From assembly GCA_963757755.1 (NCBI GenBank), contig CAVWTK010000004.1, forward strand, positions 126,278 through 190,277: a stretch of DNA of 64,000 nt. Reading direction: 5' to 3'. Origin of the DNA: an uncultured bacterium. GTDB lineage: Bacteria; Desulfobacterota; Binatia; HRBIN30; CADEER01. Within the stretch, counting starts at the first letter, position 1, and every line of letters begins with the position of its first letter. Shown in pieces: positions 42,081 to 51,967 of the stretch. Below the pieces are notes generated by a model. The model was not told the origin of the DNA, ran no database searches, and worked only from the letters and a program-made list of their open reading frames with translations. Position numbers and translations under genes: made by a program.

Positions 42081-44337
42081 GACCGGCGGCCGCGTCCACG
42101 ACGCGGCGCAGCTCCGCCAGCAGCACGCCCGGATCCACCGGCTTCGCCAGATGCTCGGCGAAGCCGGCCGCCAGGGCCGCCTCGCGATCCTCACGACTCG
42201 CGTAGCCGGAGATCGCGATGGCCGGCAGACCGCCGAACTGGTCGCGCACGGCGCGCATGAGATCCAGGCCGGTGCCGCCGGGCATGCCGATGTCGCTCAC
42301 CAGCGCATGCGGAAGCTCGCGCGCCAGCGCGGCCAACGCCGTCGTCACCGAATCGGCTGTCGTGACGCGCGCCCCGTTGATCTCGAGGGCGAGACACATA
42401 CCCTCGCGCGTGTCGGCGTCGTCATCGACCACCAGCACATGCACGTCGCGGAGATCGGTGGGGCCGTCGAGCCGGCGCGACGGCAACGCCAGCAGCGGCG
42501 TGCCCGCCGCCGCGACCTCGATGGGCAGCGAGATGCGGAACGTCGCGCCATGGCCGATGCCCTCGCTGTGGGCCTCGACGGTACCGCCGTGCCGTTCGAC
42601 CAGATGCTTGACGATCGACAGCCCAAGGCCGAGCCCGCCGTGCGCACGGGAATCGCTCTCGTCCGACTGGCGGAAGCGGTCGAACACGTGCGGCAGGAAC
42701 TCCGGTGCGATGCCCATGCCGGTGTCGACGACGTCGATGCACGCGAGTCCGTCGCGCGGGCAGAGGCTGACCTCGACGCTGCCGCCGCCGGAGGTGAACT
42801 TGAGCGCGTTCGTGAGCAGGTTCGTGACCACTTGGAGCAGGCGCTTGGCGTCGCCCTGGACGGCACCGCCGAGGTCCTCGACGCGCGACCGCAGCGCGAT
42901 GCCGCGCGCCGCGGCGCTCGGGCGCGCATTGTCGATGGCCGCCTGCATCACCGCCGCCAGGTCGATGGGGGCGTGCTCGAGGCTGAGCTTGCCGGACACG
43001 ATGCGCGAGACGTCGAGCAGGTCGTTGATGAGCTGCGCCTGGACGTGCACGTTGCGCTCGATGGTGTCGAGGGCGCGCGTTCGCAGCGCGCCGTCCAGCC
43101 CGCGGCGCAGCATCGCCAGCCAGCCGACGATCGTATTGAGGGGCGAGCGCAGCTCGTGGGAGAGCACCGCGAGGAACTGGTCCTTGGCCTGATTGGCGGA
43201 CTCCGCCGCGTCGCGCGCCGCGCGCGCGGCGGTCGCCTGCAACTCCGCCCGCGTCCGCGCTTCGCGCTCCAGATCCATCTCCTTGCGATCGCTGACGTCG
43301 CGGAAGACCAGCACCACGCCCATGATCGCGCTGTCGGCGTCGCGGATGGGAGCGCCGCTGTCGTCGATCGGCCATTCGCGGCCATCGCGCGCGATCAACA
43401 GGGTGTGGTTGGCGAGGCCGACGATCTGGCCCAGGCGCAGGACCTTGTCCACCGGACTCTCGACCGTGGCGCGGGTGTCCTCGTTGACGATGCGGAACAC
43501 CGTCTCGAGCGGGAGGCCGATCGCGTCCGCCTCCGACCAGCCGGTCAGGCGTTGAGCCACCGCGTTGAGGAAGACCACCGCGCCGCGCGGATCGGTGGCG
43601 ATCACCGCATCACCGATGCTCCGCAACGTCGTCTGCAGTCGCTCTTCGCTTTCGCGCAGAGCCCGTTCGACGGCCAGCCGCTGCGCCGCCCCGTGATTGA
43701 GCGCCAGCACCCCGGCCACGAGCAGCGCGAGCGCCCCGAGCGCGCCGATGAAGAGCACGTTGCTGAATCGGCGCCGCTGGTCCGACCGTTCGATCAGTCC
43801 TGCCGCGAGCCGGCCCCGCTCCCGCGTCTCCATCTCGCCCAGGAGGGTGCGGATACGGTTCATGGTGAGCTTGCCGAGATTGGTGGCGACGATCGCGTTG
43901 GCGGCGTCGGGGCCGTCGATCTTGCGGGCGGCAATCGTGCGTTGCAGCTCGTCGAGCTTCACCGTCGACAACACCGTCACGCCCTGCAGGCGCTTGGCCT
44001 GTTCGGGATCCTCGTCGATCAATGCCCGCAGGTGCGCGATGTCCCGCTCCACCGCGACGCTGCCCTGCAGGTACGGTTCGAGGTAGTCGTCCTGGCCGGT
44101 GAGCAGGTAGCCGCGTTGGCCGGTCTCGGCATCGATGAGGTGACCCAGCAGCTCGTTGGTCGCCGCCAGCACGTTCTGCGTGTGCGCGACCTGGTTGTCG
44201 GCCTCGAAGGCGCTCGACAGCTGCCAGCGCGCGCCGATGCTGACGAGCAGCAGCAGCAGCCCGGCACCGGCGATCACCAGTGTCGCCTGACGGGAGAGAG
44301 CCCAGCGCGGCATGAATTGATCGAGCCCTACCGTCAT
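42061..44337 (-). CDS. Hybrid sensor kinase CHASE3-PAS-HisKA-HATPase-REC
   Basis: DAETGQRGYLLTG..YLEPY, SIGDAVIATD, SHELRSPL, GGLGLGL, REC SDIGMP. Confidence 0.93.
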   Translation of the reverse strand: MTVGLDQFMPRWALSRQATLVIAGAGLLLLLVSIGARWQLSSAFEADNQVAHTQNVLAATNELLGHLIDAETGQRGYLLTGQDDYLEPYLQGSVAVERDIAHLRALIDEDPEQAKRLQGVTVLSTVKLDELQRTIAARKIDGPDAANAIVATNLGKLTMNRIRTLLGEMETRERGRLAAGLIERSDQRRRFSNVLFIGALGALALLVAGVLALNHGAAQRLAVERALRESEERLQTTLRSIGDAVIATDPRGAVVFLNAVAQRLTGWSEADAIGLPLETVFRIVNEDTRATVESPVDKVLRLGQIVGLANHTLLIARDGREWPIDDSGAPIRDADSAIMGVVLVFRDVSDRKEMDLEREARTRAELQATAARAARDAAESANQAKDQFLAVLSHELRSPLNTIVGWLAMLRRGLDGALRTRALDTIERNVHVQAQLINDLLDVSRIVSGKLSLEHAPIDLAAVMQAAIDNARPSAAARGIALRSRVEDLGGAVQGDAKRLLQVVTNLLTNALKFTSGGGSVEVSLCPRDGLACIDVVDTGMGIAPEFLPHVFDRFRQSDESDSRAHGGLGLGLSIVKHLVERHGGTVEAHSEGIGHGATFRISLPIEVAAAGTPLLALPSRRLDGPTDLRDVHVLVVDDDADTREGMCLALEINGARVTTADSVTTALAALARELPHALVSDIGMPGGTGLDLMRAVRDQFGGLPAIAISGYASREDREAALAAGFAEHLAKPVDPGVLLAELRRVVDAAAGPIPTAG

Positions 44338-44366
44338 TTCCCCGCGAACGCCATCGCCGATCCCCC

Positions 44367-45794
44367 TCAGAGACCGAGACGGCGCGACAGGTCGGACTGC
44401 AGCACGACGGTGCGGGTCGAGGCGCGTCTTGAGCGCGCGGAACTGCGCCACCGCCGCGGCGCCGTGGATGCGCGCGAACGCCGACGCCGGCAGCGCCGCA
44501 TCCTTGGCGTAGTAGAAGCGTCCGCCGGCGGCGAGGACTTCCTCCGCCATTTCCTTGCAGAGCTGTCCACAGCGCCGCGCGATCCGCCGCGCCGGTGCCG
44601 ACGGCGAAGTCCATCGCCAGGGAGTAGCCATCGACCGCGTGCGTCATCAGGAACGGATCGGGCCGGTGGCGCTTCAGGACGGCGAGATACGGCACCCTGC
44701 GCGCCCGCTGGCAGCGTTCGATCAGCCGCCGCAGCACCGCCTCGCCCTCGCGCTGTGGAACGAACGGTTGGAACTGGAGGAGGCCGCCTGGTTTCGTCAT
44801 CCAATGCCAGCGCGGCACGTAGTCGAGCAGGAAGTGGAAGGCGCCGTGGCTCTGCAGGTACGGCGACCCCTGGCCTTCGCGAAAGCCGGCCCGGAACTTC
44901 AGGGCGTTGACGGCGGCCGCGCCACCGCCGTGCATCGCCACCCACATGCCGGGCCACAGCCATCCCTTCGGCACCACGCCGAAGAGCCGGGCAGGAACAT
45001 CCTGGCGCGCCGGATCGAGGAACGCGGCGCCGTCTGGATCCTCTCCGGGCTCGAGCTGATCGGCCCGATGCAGGAGGCCGCGGCCGAGCCCCGCGCCCCT
45101 GCGGGTGCAGATCGAGCCAGCCGACCAGGTAGTCGGCCGCGCCCTTCAGCTCCTCCAGCCGCCGCAGGTTGTCCGCCAGGTCGCGCGTCGGGATCGCCCA
45201 GACGCGCAGCCGACCCGAGTGCACGCGCTTGAGCTGCAGCGTGACCTCGACGATGCAGCCGAGCATGCCGAAGCCGCCGATGGCGGCGTGGAAGAGGTCG
45301 GCATTCTCCTGGCGCGAGCAACGGAGGACGTCGCCGGTCGCGGTCAGCAGCACGAACGACTGCACATGGTCGCCGAAGGTGCCGACGGCGAAGTTGTTCT
45401 TGCCGTGGATGTTGAACGCCGTGGCGCCGCCGACCGACACCGCCATGGTGCCGGGCACGACCGGCGGCCACCAGCCGGACCGGATCGACTGCCGCCACAC
45501 GTCACGAACCGTGACGCCGGGCTCGACAGTGATCACGCCGCGCTCGCGGTCGAACGCGAGCACGCGATCCATGCCGCCGAGGTCCAGCACGTACCCGCCG
45601 CGGTTGAGGCTCGCGTCGCCGTAGCTGCAGCCGGCACCGCGCAGTGCCAGCGAGCCGCCCGTCTCGGCGACCAGCGCCATCGCCGCGGCAACCGCGGCGC
45701 GCGTGGACGGCCGCGCGACCTGCGCCGGTCCGCCAACGGACATGCCCCAACCGCTCAGCTGCTCGGTGCGAAAGGCGCTCGACGGCTCCCCCAT
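44367..45794 (-). CDS. FAD-binding oxidoreductase, DprE1-like (frameshifted)
   Basis: RGAGCSYGDA, VVPGT..SVGG...NIHGKN, YLAVLK, GYSLAMDF, GGRFYYAKD, LQSDLSRRLGL. Confidence 0.85.
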   Translation of the reverse strand: MGEPSSAFRTEQLSGWGMSVGGPAQVARPSTRAAVAAAMALVAETGGSLALRGAGCSYGDASLNRGGYVLDLGGMDRVLAFDRERGVITVEPGVTVRDVWRQSIRSGWWPPVVPGTMAVSVGGATAFNIHGKNNFAVGTFGDHVQSFVLLTATGDVLRCSRQENADLFHAAIGGFGMLGCIVEVTLQLKRVHSGRLRVWAIPTRDLADNLRRLEELKGAADYLVGWLDLHPQGRGARPRPPASGRSARARRGSRRRRVPRSGAPGCSCPALRRGAEGMAVARHVGGDARRWRGRRQRPEVPGRLSRRPGVAVPAEPRRLPLPARLRAALALDDETRRPPPVPTVRSTARGRGGAAAADRTLPAGAQGAVSRRPEAPPARSVPDDARGRWLLPGDGLRRRHRRGGSRGAVDSSARKWRRKSSPPADASTTPRMRRCRRRRSRASTAPRRWRSSARSRRASTRTVVLQSDLSRRLGL

Positions 45795-46000
45795 CGCGAT
45801 GATCGATACCTCACGGCGCGTGTTCCGGTCGACACGGCTCGACGGCCGCCTGCCGCGTCCGTCCGAACGTCCGACGACGCCGCGCCATCCGTCTCGGAGC
45901 GCCACCGATCCATCACCAACTGGAGGGCGCCGCTCCCGCGGCGCCTGGCAGCGCGGCCCGGCCCACGAACCGGCGGCCTCGCGAACCGCATCGCGCCGGC

Positions 46001-47617
46001 CTACTCCGGAGAGCGCCGGCGGAACACGACCCCCACCGGAGACGTCGCCCATCGCTCGTAGCGCTGCTCCAGCGGATCCGGCTCGGACGGTTGGTGGGCG
46101 AGCCGCGCCTGCCGATCCTGTTCGGCGGCGCGGGTGAGGAACACGAAGGTGGGCTCTCGCCTGAGCGCCTCGGCGCGCTCGGCGATCGCGTTGTCATTCG
46201 GCGCGTTCCAGTAGATGAAGCGCGAGGCCGGCGGGACGCCCGCGTACAGATAGATCTGCAACGGCTCGTCGCCGACGAAGAGCCGGTCCCCCGGCCGGGC
46301 GGCGGCGCGAATCGCGAGGCCCAGCCGTTGCGCTTCCGCTTCGATCACGTCGACCCCGGGACCCTGCGACCGGCGCGGGAGGTAGCTCTCGCGCCACGCG
46401 GAGCCATACAGGATCGCCGCGATGACGAGCCCGCTCACCAACCGTAACGCATCGCTTCCGCCGCGAAACGGCGCCACGACGGTCGAGCAGAGCTCGCACA
46501 CGATACCGACCGCGAGGGCGAGGGCCGGCAGTGACATCACGAGATAGTGATTCTCGCCGTACGGCCCGGCGAGAACCGCCAGCGACGACGCGGCGAGCCA
46601 CGTCCACAACGTCGCCGCCCACCGCGATGGCCGCAGCACCGTGAGCAGCGCCAGGCAGCCGACCGCGCCGGCAAACGGCCACATCTGGCCAAAGTCCACG
46701 AACGGAAACGTCGCGCTGAGGGTCAGGAACCGTTTGAACCCCGGCGGAATACGTTGCGCCAACGTCGTCGGATGAAGCCACGCCAGACTGAAGTCCTGCG
46801 AGTAGCGCGCGCCGTCGACAAAGACCGCGTTGTAGAACGCCGCCAGCGCGTCGTGGCTCGCGAAATACAGCGCGAATGCGGCGACGACGATCGCGAACCC
46901 GATCGCTCCCAACAGCGCGCGCTGCACGACGTACCAGATCCGCGCCCGCCAGCCGACGGGCATTCCCCACAAGCCGAGCTGCATCCCCAGCGGAATCGCG
47001 AAGAGCGCGGCGGGTTGCTTGCCCGCGGTGGCGAGACCGAGGGACGTGCCGGTGAGGACCGCCCACCACCAGCGGGCGTCGCGCTGATGCGCGGCGGCGC
47101 AGCCGATTGCGCAGGCGCCGAACGCCACGACGAGCGCTTCCGTATTCTGCCACGGCAGTCCCCAAGGATTGACGACCATCAGGGTCATCAACCCGAGCGA
47201 GGCGATGGGTGCGGCGATCAGACACCTGGCGCGACGAAGCCCCAGGTACATCGAGAACGCGCCCAGCCACGTCAGGATCATGAGCACGCGCCGGAGGCTC
47301 TCGGGCTCGTATCCCCAGACCGCAAAGCCGGCTCGAAGCGCCACGAAGATGAGCGGCGGCTTGAATTCCCAGACATCGCGGTACGGAATCAGTCCGTCCT
47401 GCCAGAAGCGCGCGATCGACGCGTAGATCGCCGGATCGCGCTGGTAGTTGATCCATTCGACCCGACTCGTGCTGTCGAGGAGGATCGCCAGAAGGATCAA
47501 CGGACACAGCGCCTCGACGGCAAGGACACCGACCATGCGGAACAGATCGCCCCGACGTGCCGGAACGACCGTCGGTGGCGGCGCGACGTCGAGTGATGGG
47601 TCCCCCACCCCGCTCAT
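46001..47617 (-). CDS. GT-C/ArnT-like membrane glycosyltransferase
   Basis: RDPAIY..PYRDVWEFKPP, NTE, KQP; many TM helices. Confidence 0.8.
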   Translation of the reverse strand: MSGVGDPSLDVAPPPTVVPARRGDLFRMVGVLAVEALCPLILLAILLDSTSRVEWINYQRDPAIYASIARFWQDGLIPYRDVWEFKPPLIFVALRAGFAVWGYEPESLRRVLMILTWLGAFSMYLGLRRARCLIAAPIASLGLMTLMVVNPWGLPWQNTEALVVAFGACAIGCAAAHQRDARWWWAVLTGTSLGLATAGKQPAALFAIPLGMQLGLWGMPVGWRARIWYVVQRALLGAIGFAIVVAAFALYFASHDALAAFYNAVFVDGARYSQDFSLAWLHPTTLAQRIPPGFKRFLTLSATFPFVDFGQMWPFAGAVGCLALLTVLRPSRWAATLWTWLAASSLAVLAGPYGENHYLVMSLPALALAVGIVCELCSTVVAPFRGGSDALRLVSGLVIAAILYGSAWRESYLPRRSQGPGVDVIEAEAQRLGLAIRAAARPGDRLFVGDEPLQIYLYAGVPPASRFIYWNAPNDNAIAERAEALRREPTFVFLTRAAEQDRQARLAHQPSEPDPLEQRYERWATSPVGVVFRRRSPE

Positions 47618-48266
47618 GGTCCGGTCTCTATCATCCTCGTCCCCACCACCAAGGTCTTCGCGCGAGTGCGCATCGACCGCCACGGCAGACCTGGGCGGAG
47701 CCTCGCAAGCGGGCCGAAAAGCGAAACGGCAACCCGAGCATCCGGATTGCCGTTTCACCAAACGCAAGTGGTCCCGTTCGCAAAGCATTCGAACCGCCGC
47801 GCGCCCCGATCCTGACCGAGCGGTACGGCCGCGATCCAGGAGCTCCTCCGAGCGGTGAGCAATGCACAGGAGGCTGTCCGACGTCGATCACTCGTTCATT
47901 CGGATGTTCGTGCGCGGGCCGGCGCTGGCAACCAGCACCGTCGCTTCCGGGGGCGCAGGCTTGCGACGGCGTATAGCCGTCAGGGAGGAAAAAGCGCATC
48001 GAGCCCTGCGCTCGTCAAGCCCCGCTCGTCGAGCAACGCGACCGACGAGGCGGCGCTGCAACGCGCGCAGTGCTGGCGGCTCGTAGCCGTCATACTCCGC
48101 AGCATCATGGGAGAATGACGAAGGCTCCATCACTCAGCGTCCGCGCGACGCGTTCAGAACGCCTCGGTGGACGCTTCAAAACCGGCCAGTTGTCGACGGC
48201 TGAACACTGGCCAGTGAGCGACAAGGCCGAGTGCCGTTGACTGAGGCTGCCCTCCCGACGGCGCTT

Positions 48267-48875
48267 TCATGCGCCAGCTCTTCGGCCCGCAGTGAGGACG
48301 TGACCGTTTTCGAGCAAGCGGTCGTGCATGGCGTGGTGGTCCTCAGCGTACTTTTTGTGCGCCGGGACCGCCGACATGATCAGAACCGAATCACAAACCG
48401 GGCTGGCCACACCGGCCAACACGCCGTCCCCACCCTCCAACGGGGGTTTTATCGGTGCCCTACCGGGCCCATCTGGATCGAGAAGCGCCTTCAGCTCACA
48501 CCGTTCCTGCCCGATCTCTTTGGGTGTTCGGAACCCTAAGTGACGGAACACTGGAAGCGGCGGACACCACCCCTGCAACGTGTGCTGAAGGTAGAACCCT
48601 TGAACGGCGACGGGGAGAACCAGCCATCGGCGCCGCCGCCCGGTGAGCCCGATTAGAAGGCCGAAGAGCGAGAGGCATGAGGATCCCGCGGCAAGCGCGC
48701 GTTCGACATCCCATTCTCGATCAAGATCTTCCAGCCGGGTCGGGATCTCATCGCGATGTTGGCTGAAGTATTCGATCGAACGAGCCTTGGCCTCGCCGAT
48801 CGACCGATTGACGTCTTCGGCCGTGTGCTGGGGTACGCGTTCCGCGCTCGGGGCAATGACAGCGACCTTATCCAT
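48267..48875 (-). CDS. DUF2892-like membrane protein
   Basis: RVPQHT..VN, LDREWDVERAL, QHTLQGWCPP..FR.LGFRT. Confidence 0.75.
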   Translation of the reverse strand: MDKVAVIAPSAERVPQHTAEDVNRSIGEAKARSIEYFSQHRDEIPTRLEDLDREWDVERALAAGSSCLSLFGLLIGLTGRRRRWLVLPVAVQGFYLQHTLQGWCPPLPVFRHLGFRTPKEIGQERCELKALLDPDGPGRAPIKPPLEGGDGVLAGVASPVCDSVLIMSAVPAHKKYAEDHHAMHDRLLENGHVLTAGRRAGA

Positions 48876-49352
48876 CCGAAGATCTCCTTCCTCAGGACGT
48901 TTCGCAATTGTCACGCAAAGATCGTACCGGAACGCTCCGTCGGCGCTCGGCACTACCCTTCGCAACCTCCTGCGTTCCCGCGGGTAAACTTCTACCCCCC
49001 TCGGTGGACGGTCACCCCGCGGTTGACATGTCCACCGAGGCTCATGCCGTCGCCAATGACGAATACGCGCGATCCGAACACCAGCCGGTTGACGAGGCGC
49101 GTTCGGCCGTACCGTTGGGTCAATCCGGTGCTGTCGGGAGTCGAGGGCGAGGCCCCGAGCAGGTTCCCTCGGCCGGCTTGCGTAGGGCGCCTACGCGATA
49201 ACGCTGTCGGGTGGCATTTCCATAGCTCCGGAGCGGCACCTCCGACTGGCGTGAAAGGATGACCGAGAGGAGCGCCTCGGCAGTGGACTGCTTTACCGAT
49301 CAAACGGGCATTGCCCGCACAGTCGGGCCGGGTGCTGAACACCCGCGGAATG

Positions 49353-49368
49353 TGGCCTGGCCGTTGCT
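49353..49368 (+). promoter_or_regulatory. Putative sigma54 promoter
   Basis: TGGCCTGGCCGTTGCT. Confidence 0.65.
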
Positions 49369-49411
49369 CTACCTCGGGGACTTGAGAACAGATCGGAGAG
49401 AACAACACATC

Positions 49412-50032
49412 ATGGAGGGGAAACCGATGGCAGACCAAATTAAGGAATTGCTCCTGCAGGCGCTGGAGACCGAGCTGGGTGGCGTACAGATCTACGGTGC
49501 GGCGATCGGGTGTGCCCAGAACAGTGAGCTCCGCGAGGAATGGGAGAAGTACCGCGATCAGACGACGCGTCACGTCGAGGTCGTGCGCGGACTGGTCCAA
49601 GACTTCGGGTTCGACGCCGACGAGCTGACTCCGGGTCGGAAGATCGCGAAGCACATCGGCGAGTCGTTGGTTGAGGCGATGCGGATGGCCCAAGCCGACG
49701 GAGCAGTAGACGCCGCAGAGCTGGTGGCCTGCGAGTGCGTGAGCCTCGCTGAAACTAAGGATCACGCCAATTGGGAGTTGCTGCGGGCGTACGCTGAAGA
49801 CATCGCCAAGGGGACGCAGCGCAAGGCACTCGTTGCGGCCTGCGACGAGATCGAGCAGCAAGAAGATGAACACCTCTACCACAGCACGGGCTGGGGCCGG
49901 GAGCTATGGCTACAGGCACTCGGCATGGACGCCGTATTGCCGCCCCCCGAAGAGCAGAAGCACGTGAAGACCGCGATCGGTGCGGCGCGTGCGCAGCAGT
50001 CGCGCGGGGAGATGCTTCACGACCGTCGGTAA
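49412..50032 (+). CDS. Ferritin-like stress protein
   Basis: QALETELGG..IY, QT.RH, AETKDH.NW, EDEHLYH. Confidence 0.8.
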   Translation: MEGKPMADQIKELLLQALETELGGVQIYGAAIGCAQNSELREEWEKYRDQTTRHVEVVRGLVQDFGFDADELTPGRKIAKHIGESLVEAMRMAQADGAVDAAELVACECVSLAETKDHANWELLRAYAEDIAKGTQRKALVAACDEIEQQEDEHLYHSTGWGRELWLQALGMDAVLPPPEEQKHVKTAIGAARAQQSRGEMLHDRR

Positions 50033-50052
50033 GGCGGGCGGAAAGCTTTCCC

Positions 50053-50760
50053 ATGCGAACGGGTCCAACCGACCGGCAGCGCACAGTTGGGAGCCACGTT
50101 CGAACGGTCGCGGGCCGCGCTGCCCGTTGTCGCCGCAAGTTTCTGCGATATTTCCCGACCGCGTTTCGCGACCCGACCTACCTCGAGTGGGAACGCAACT
50201 ATAAGTGGCAGGCCCACGAATCGTGGGAGACGGTGCTTCACCGTCGAGCGTTTCGGGCGTTGTTGCTCCAGGGCAAGGCGGCGGAGATCGCCGCACATGC
50301 CGTCCGGATTGAATCCCGTACCAATCTCCTTTTTTCGTTCGAGAAGATGGCTGTGCGTGATGCATTGCACTCGGCAGCCGGCGCGCGCGGCTTCGCCGCC
50401 GGTCTCTTCGACCTTCTTTACGGGCGCGGCAGCGACCAGCGCCGATTCGAGCGTTGGTGTCGAGCGGTCGCGGCGCTGCCGCGCCGGAAAACGCGGGTGA
50501 TGACCTGGCCGGTGCTGACTGTCTTTCCGTTCATCGCCCAGCCCGAGACGCATATCTTCCTGAAGCCGACGGTTATACGGCTCGCGGCCAAACGCTACGA
50601 CCAGGAATTCCAATACGAATCGAAACCCAACTGGGCAACCTACGCAAGCCTGCTGCGCTTCGCCGAGCGCGTGCGGCGGGATCTGCGCGACCTGCGACCG
50701 CGCGACAGGATCGACATTCAATCCTTCCTCTGGGTCCAGGGGTCGGACGAGTATCCCTGA
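50053..50760 (+). CDS. Hypothetical protein
   Basis: Intact aromatic-rich ORF (FLRYFP..F.D..Y..WER.YK ... IDIQSFLWV). Confidence 0.75.
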   Translation: MRTGPTDRQRTVGSHVRTVAGRAARCRRKFLRYFPTAFRDPTYLEWERNYKWQAHESWETVLHRRAFRALLLQGKAAEIAAHAVRIESRTNLLFSFEKMAVRDALHSAAGARGFAAGLFDLLYGRGSDQRRFERWCRAVAALPRRKTRVMTWPVLTVFPFIAQPETHIFLKPTVIRLAAKRYDQEFQYESKPNWATYASLLRFAERVRRDLRDLRPRDRIDIQSFLWVQGSDEYP

Positions 50761-50767
50761 CGCGCTT

Positions 50768-51829
50768 ATGGCGTCGGACAGTGGACTATCCAATCGCGCC
50801 ATCGGCGAGCTGCTCTGCGCCGCGGCGGAAAACGGCGAACGGACCGTTCAACAACGGCGGGCGCTGCGCCGGGCGGGTCGGGCGGCGTTCCACTGGCCGG
50901 TGGAAGCGTATGACCTGCTGGCCCGCGGTCAGTCGTTGACCGAACTCCGGGCCGTCGGTCCCTGGCTCGCGCGAATCATTGAACCCTGGATTGGCGACCC
51001 GCCCGCCATACCGCTGCCGCCGCCGACCCGGCAGGGATTTCTGACGCGCACCGAAGTCGATCGGATCCTCTCGCGTCATGCCGCTGCGGCACGGGTGCGC
51101 GGCGACCTCCAGATGCACACGTTCGGAAGCGACGGTTCCGACTCCATCGAAAATATGGCCAAGGCGGCGGTCGAGCGGGAATTGGCGTACATAGCCATAA
51201 CCGATCACTCAAAGGGCTTGGCCATCGCCAATGGCATGGACGAGGCCCAACTCGCGGCACAGGGTCGGCAGATCGACGAGCTGAACGACACGTACGCGGG
51301 CCAGGACTTTCGCATTCTTCGGTCAGTCGAGATGAATCTCTCGCCCACTGGAACCGGCGATCTTGATCCTGCACTTCTCCACCAACTCGATCTCGTTCTG
51401 GGAGCGTTCCACTCCCGGCTTCGCGTCACCGACGATCAGACCGACCGCTATCTGGCCGCGCTGGACAATCCGAACATCCATATCCTGGCGCACCCGCGTG
51501 GCCGCATCTTCAACTTCCGCGTGGGACTCCAAGCGGATTGGGGACGCGTCTTCGACCGCGCGCGTGAGCGCAACCGCGCCATCGAGATCGACGCCTTCCC
51601 CGACCGCCAGGACCTCGACGCAGAATTGTTGAAGCAGGTGCGCGACGCGGGCACACTAATCTCGATCGGCTCCGACTCACATGCTTCGTGGCAACTCAGA
51701 TTTCTCGACTATGGTATAGCGGCCGCGCGCGAGGTCGGAATTCCTCCCGAGCGAATTCTCAACTGCTGGGATGCCGACACCTTGCTGGGTTGGACGGCGG
51801 ACGGAACGTTGCCGCGCCGCCTGCCCTGA
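50768..51829 (+). CDS. PHP-domain protein with PolX-like N-terminal HhH region
   Basis: GDLQMHT..SDG, ITDHS, LAHPRGR, IEID, GSDSH. Confidence 0.88.
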   Translation: MASDSGLSNRAIGELLCAAAENGERTVQQRRALRRAGRAAFHWPVEAYDLLARGQSLTELRAVGPWLARIIEPWIGDPPAIPLPPPTRQGFLTRTEVDRILSRHAAAARVRGDLQMHTFGSDGSDSIENMAKAAVERELAYIAITDHSKGLAIANGMDEAQLAAQGRQIDELNDTYAGQDFRILRSVEMNLSPTGTGDLDPALLHQLDLVLGAFHSRLRVTDDQTDRYLAALDNPNIHILAHPRGRIFNFRVGLQADWGRVFDRARERNRAIEIDAFPDRQDLDAELLKQVRDAGTLISIGSDSHASWQLRFLDYGIAAAREVGIPPERILNCWDADTLLGWTADGTLPRRLP

Positions 51830-51967
51830 GCCTCGGCACCGTTCTGAGGGGGAGGCGCGTTCGAGGTCTATGCTGCTCGCCTCTTTTCTTGGGCCGTTCG
51901 CCGCCATACGGCTCGGCAAACTTTGTTCAAGTTGTCCATCAGATCGATCGCGGCATCGTCGCCCGGG

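Noticed and set aside
47768-47795. tRNA gene or fragment
   Set aside because: Acceptor and T-arm spacing and pairing do not fit; no cloverleaf
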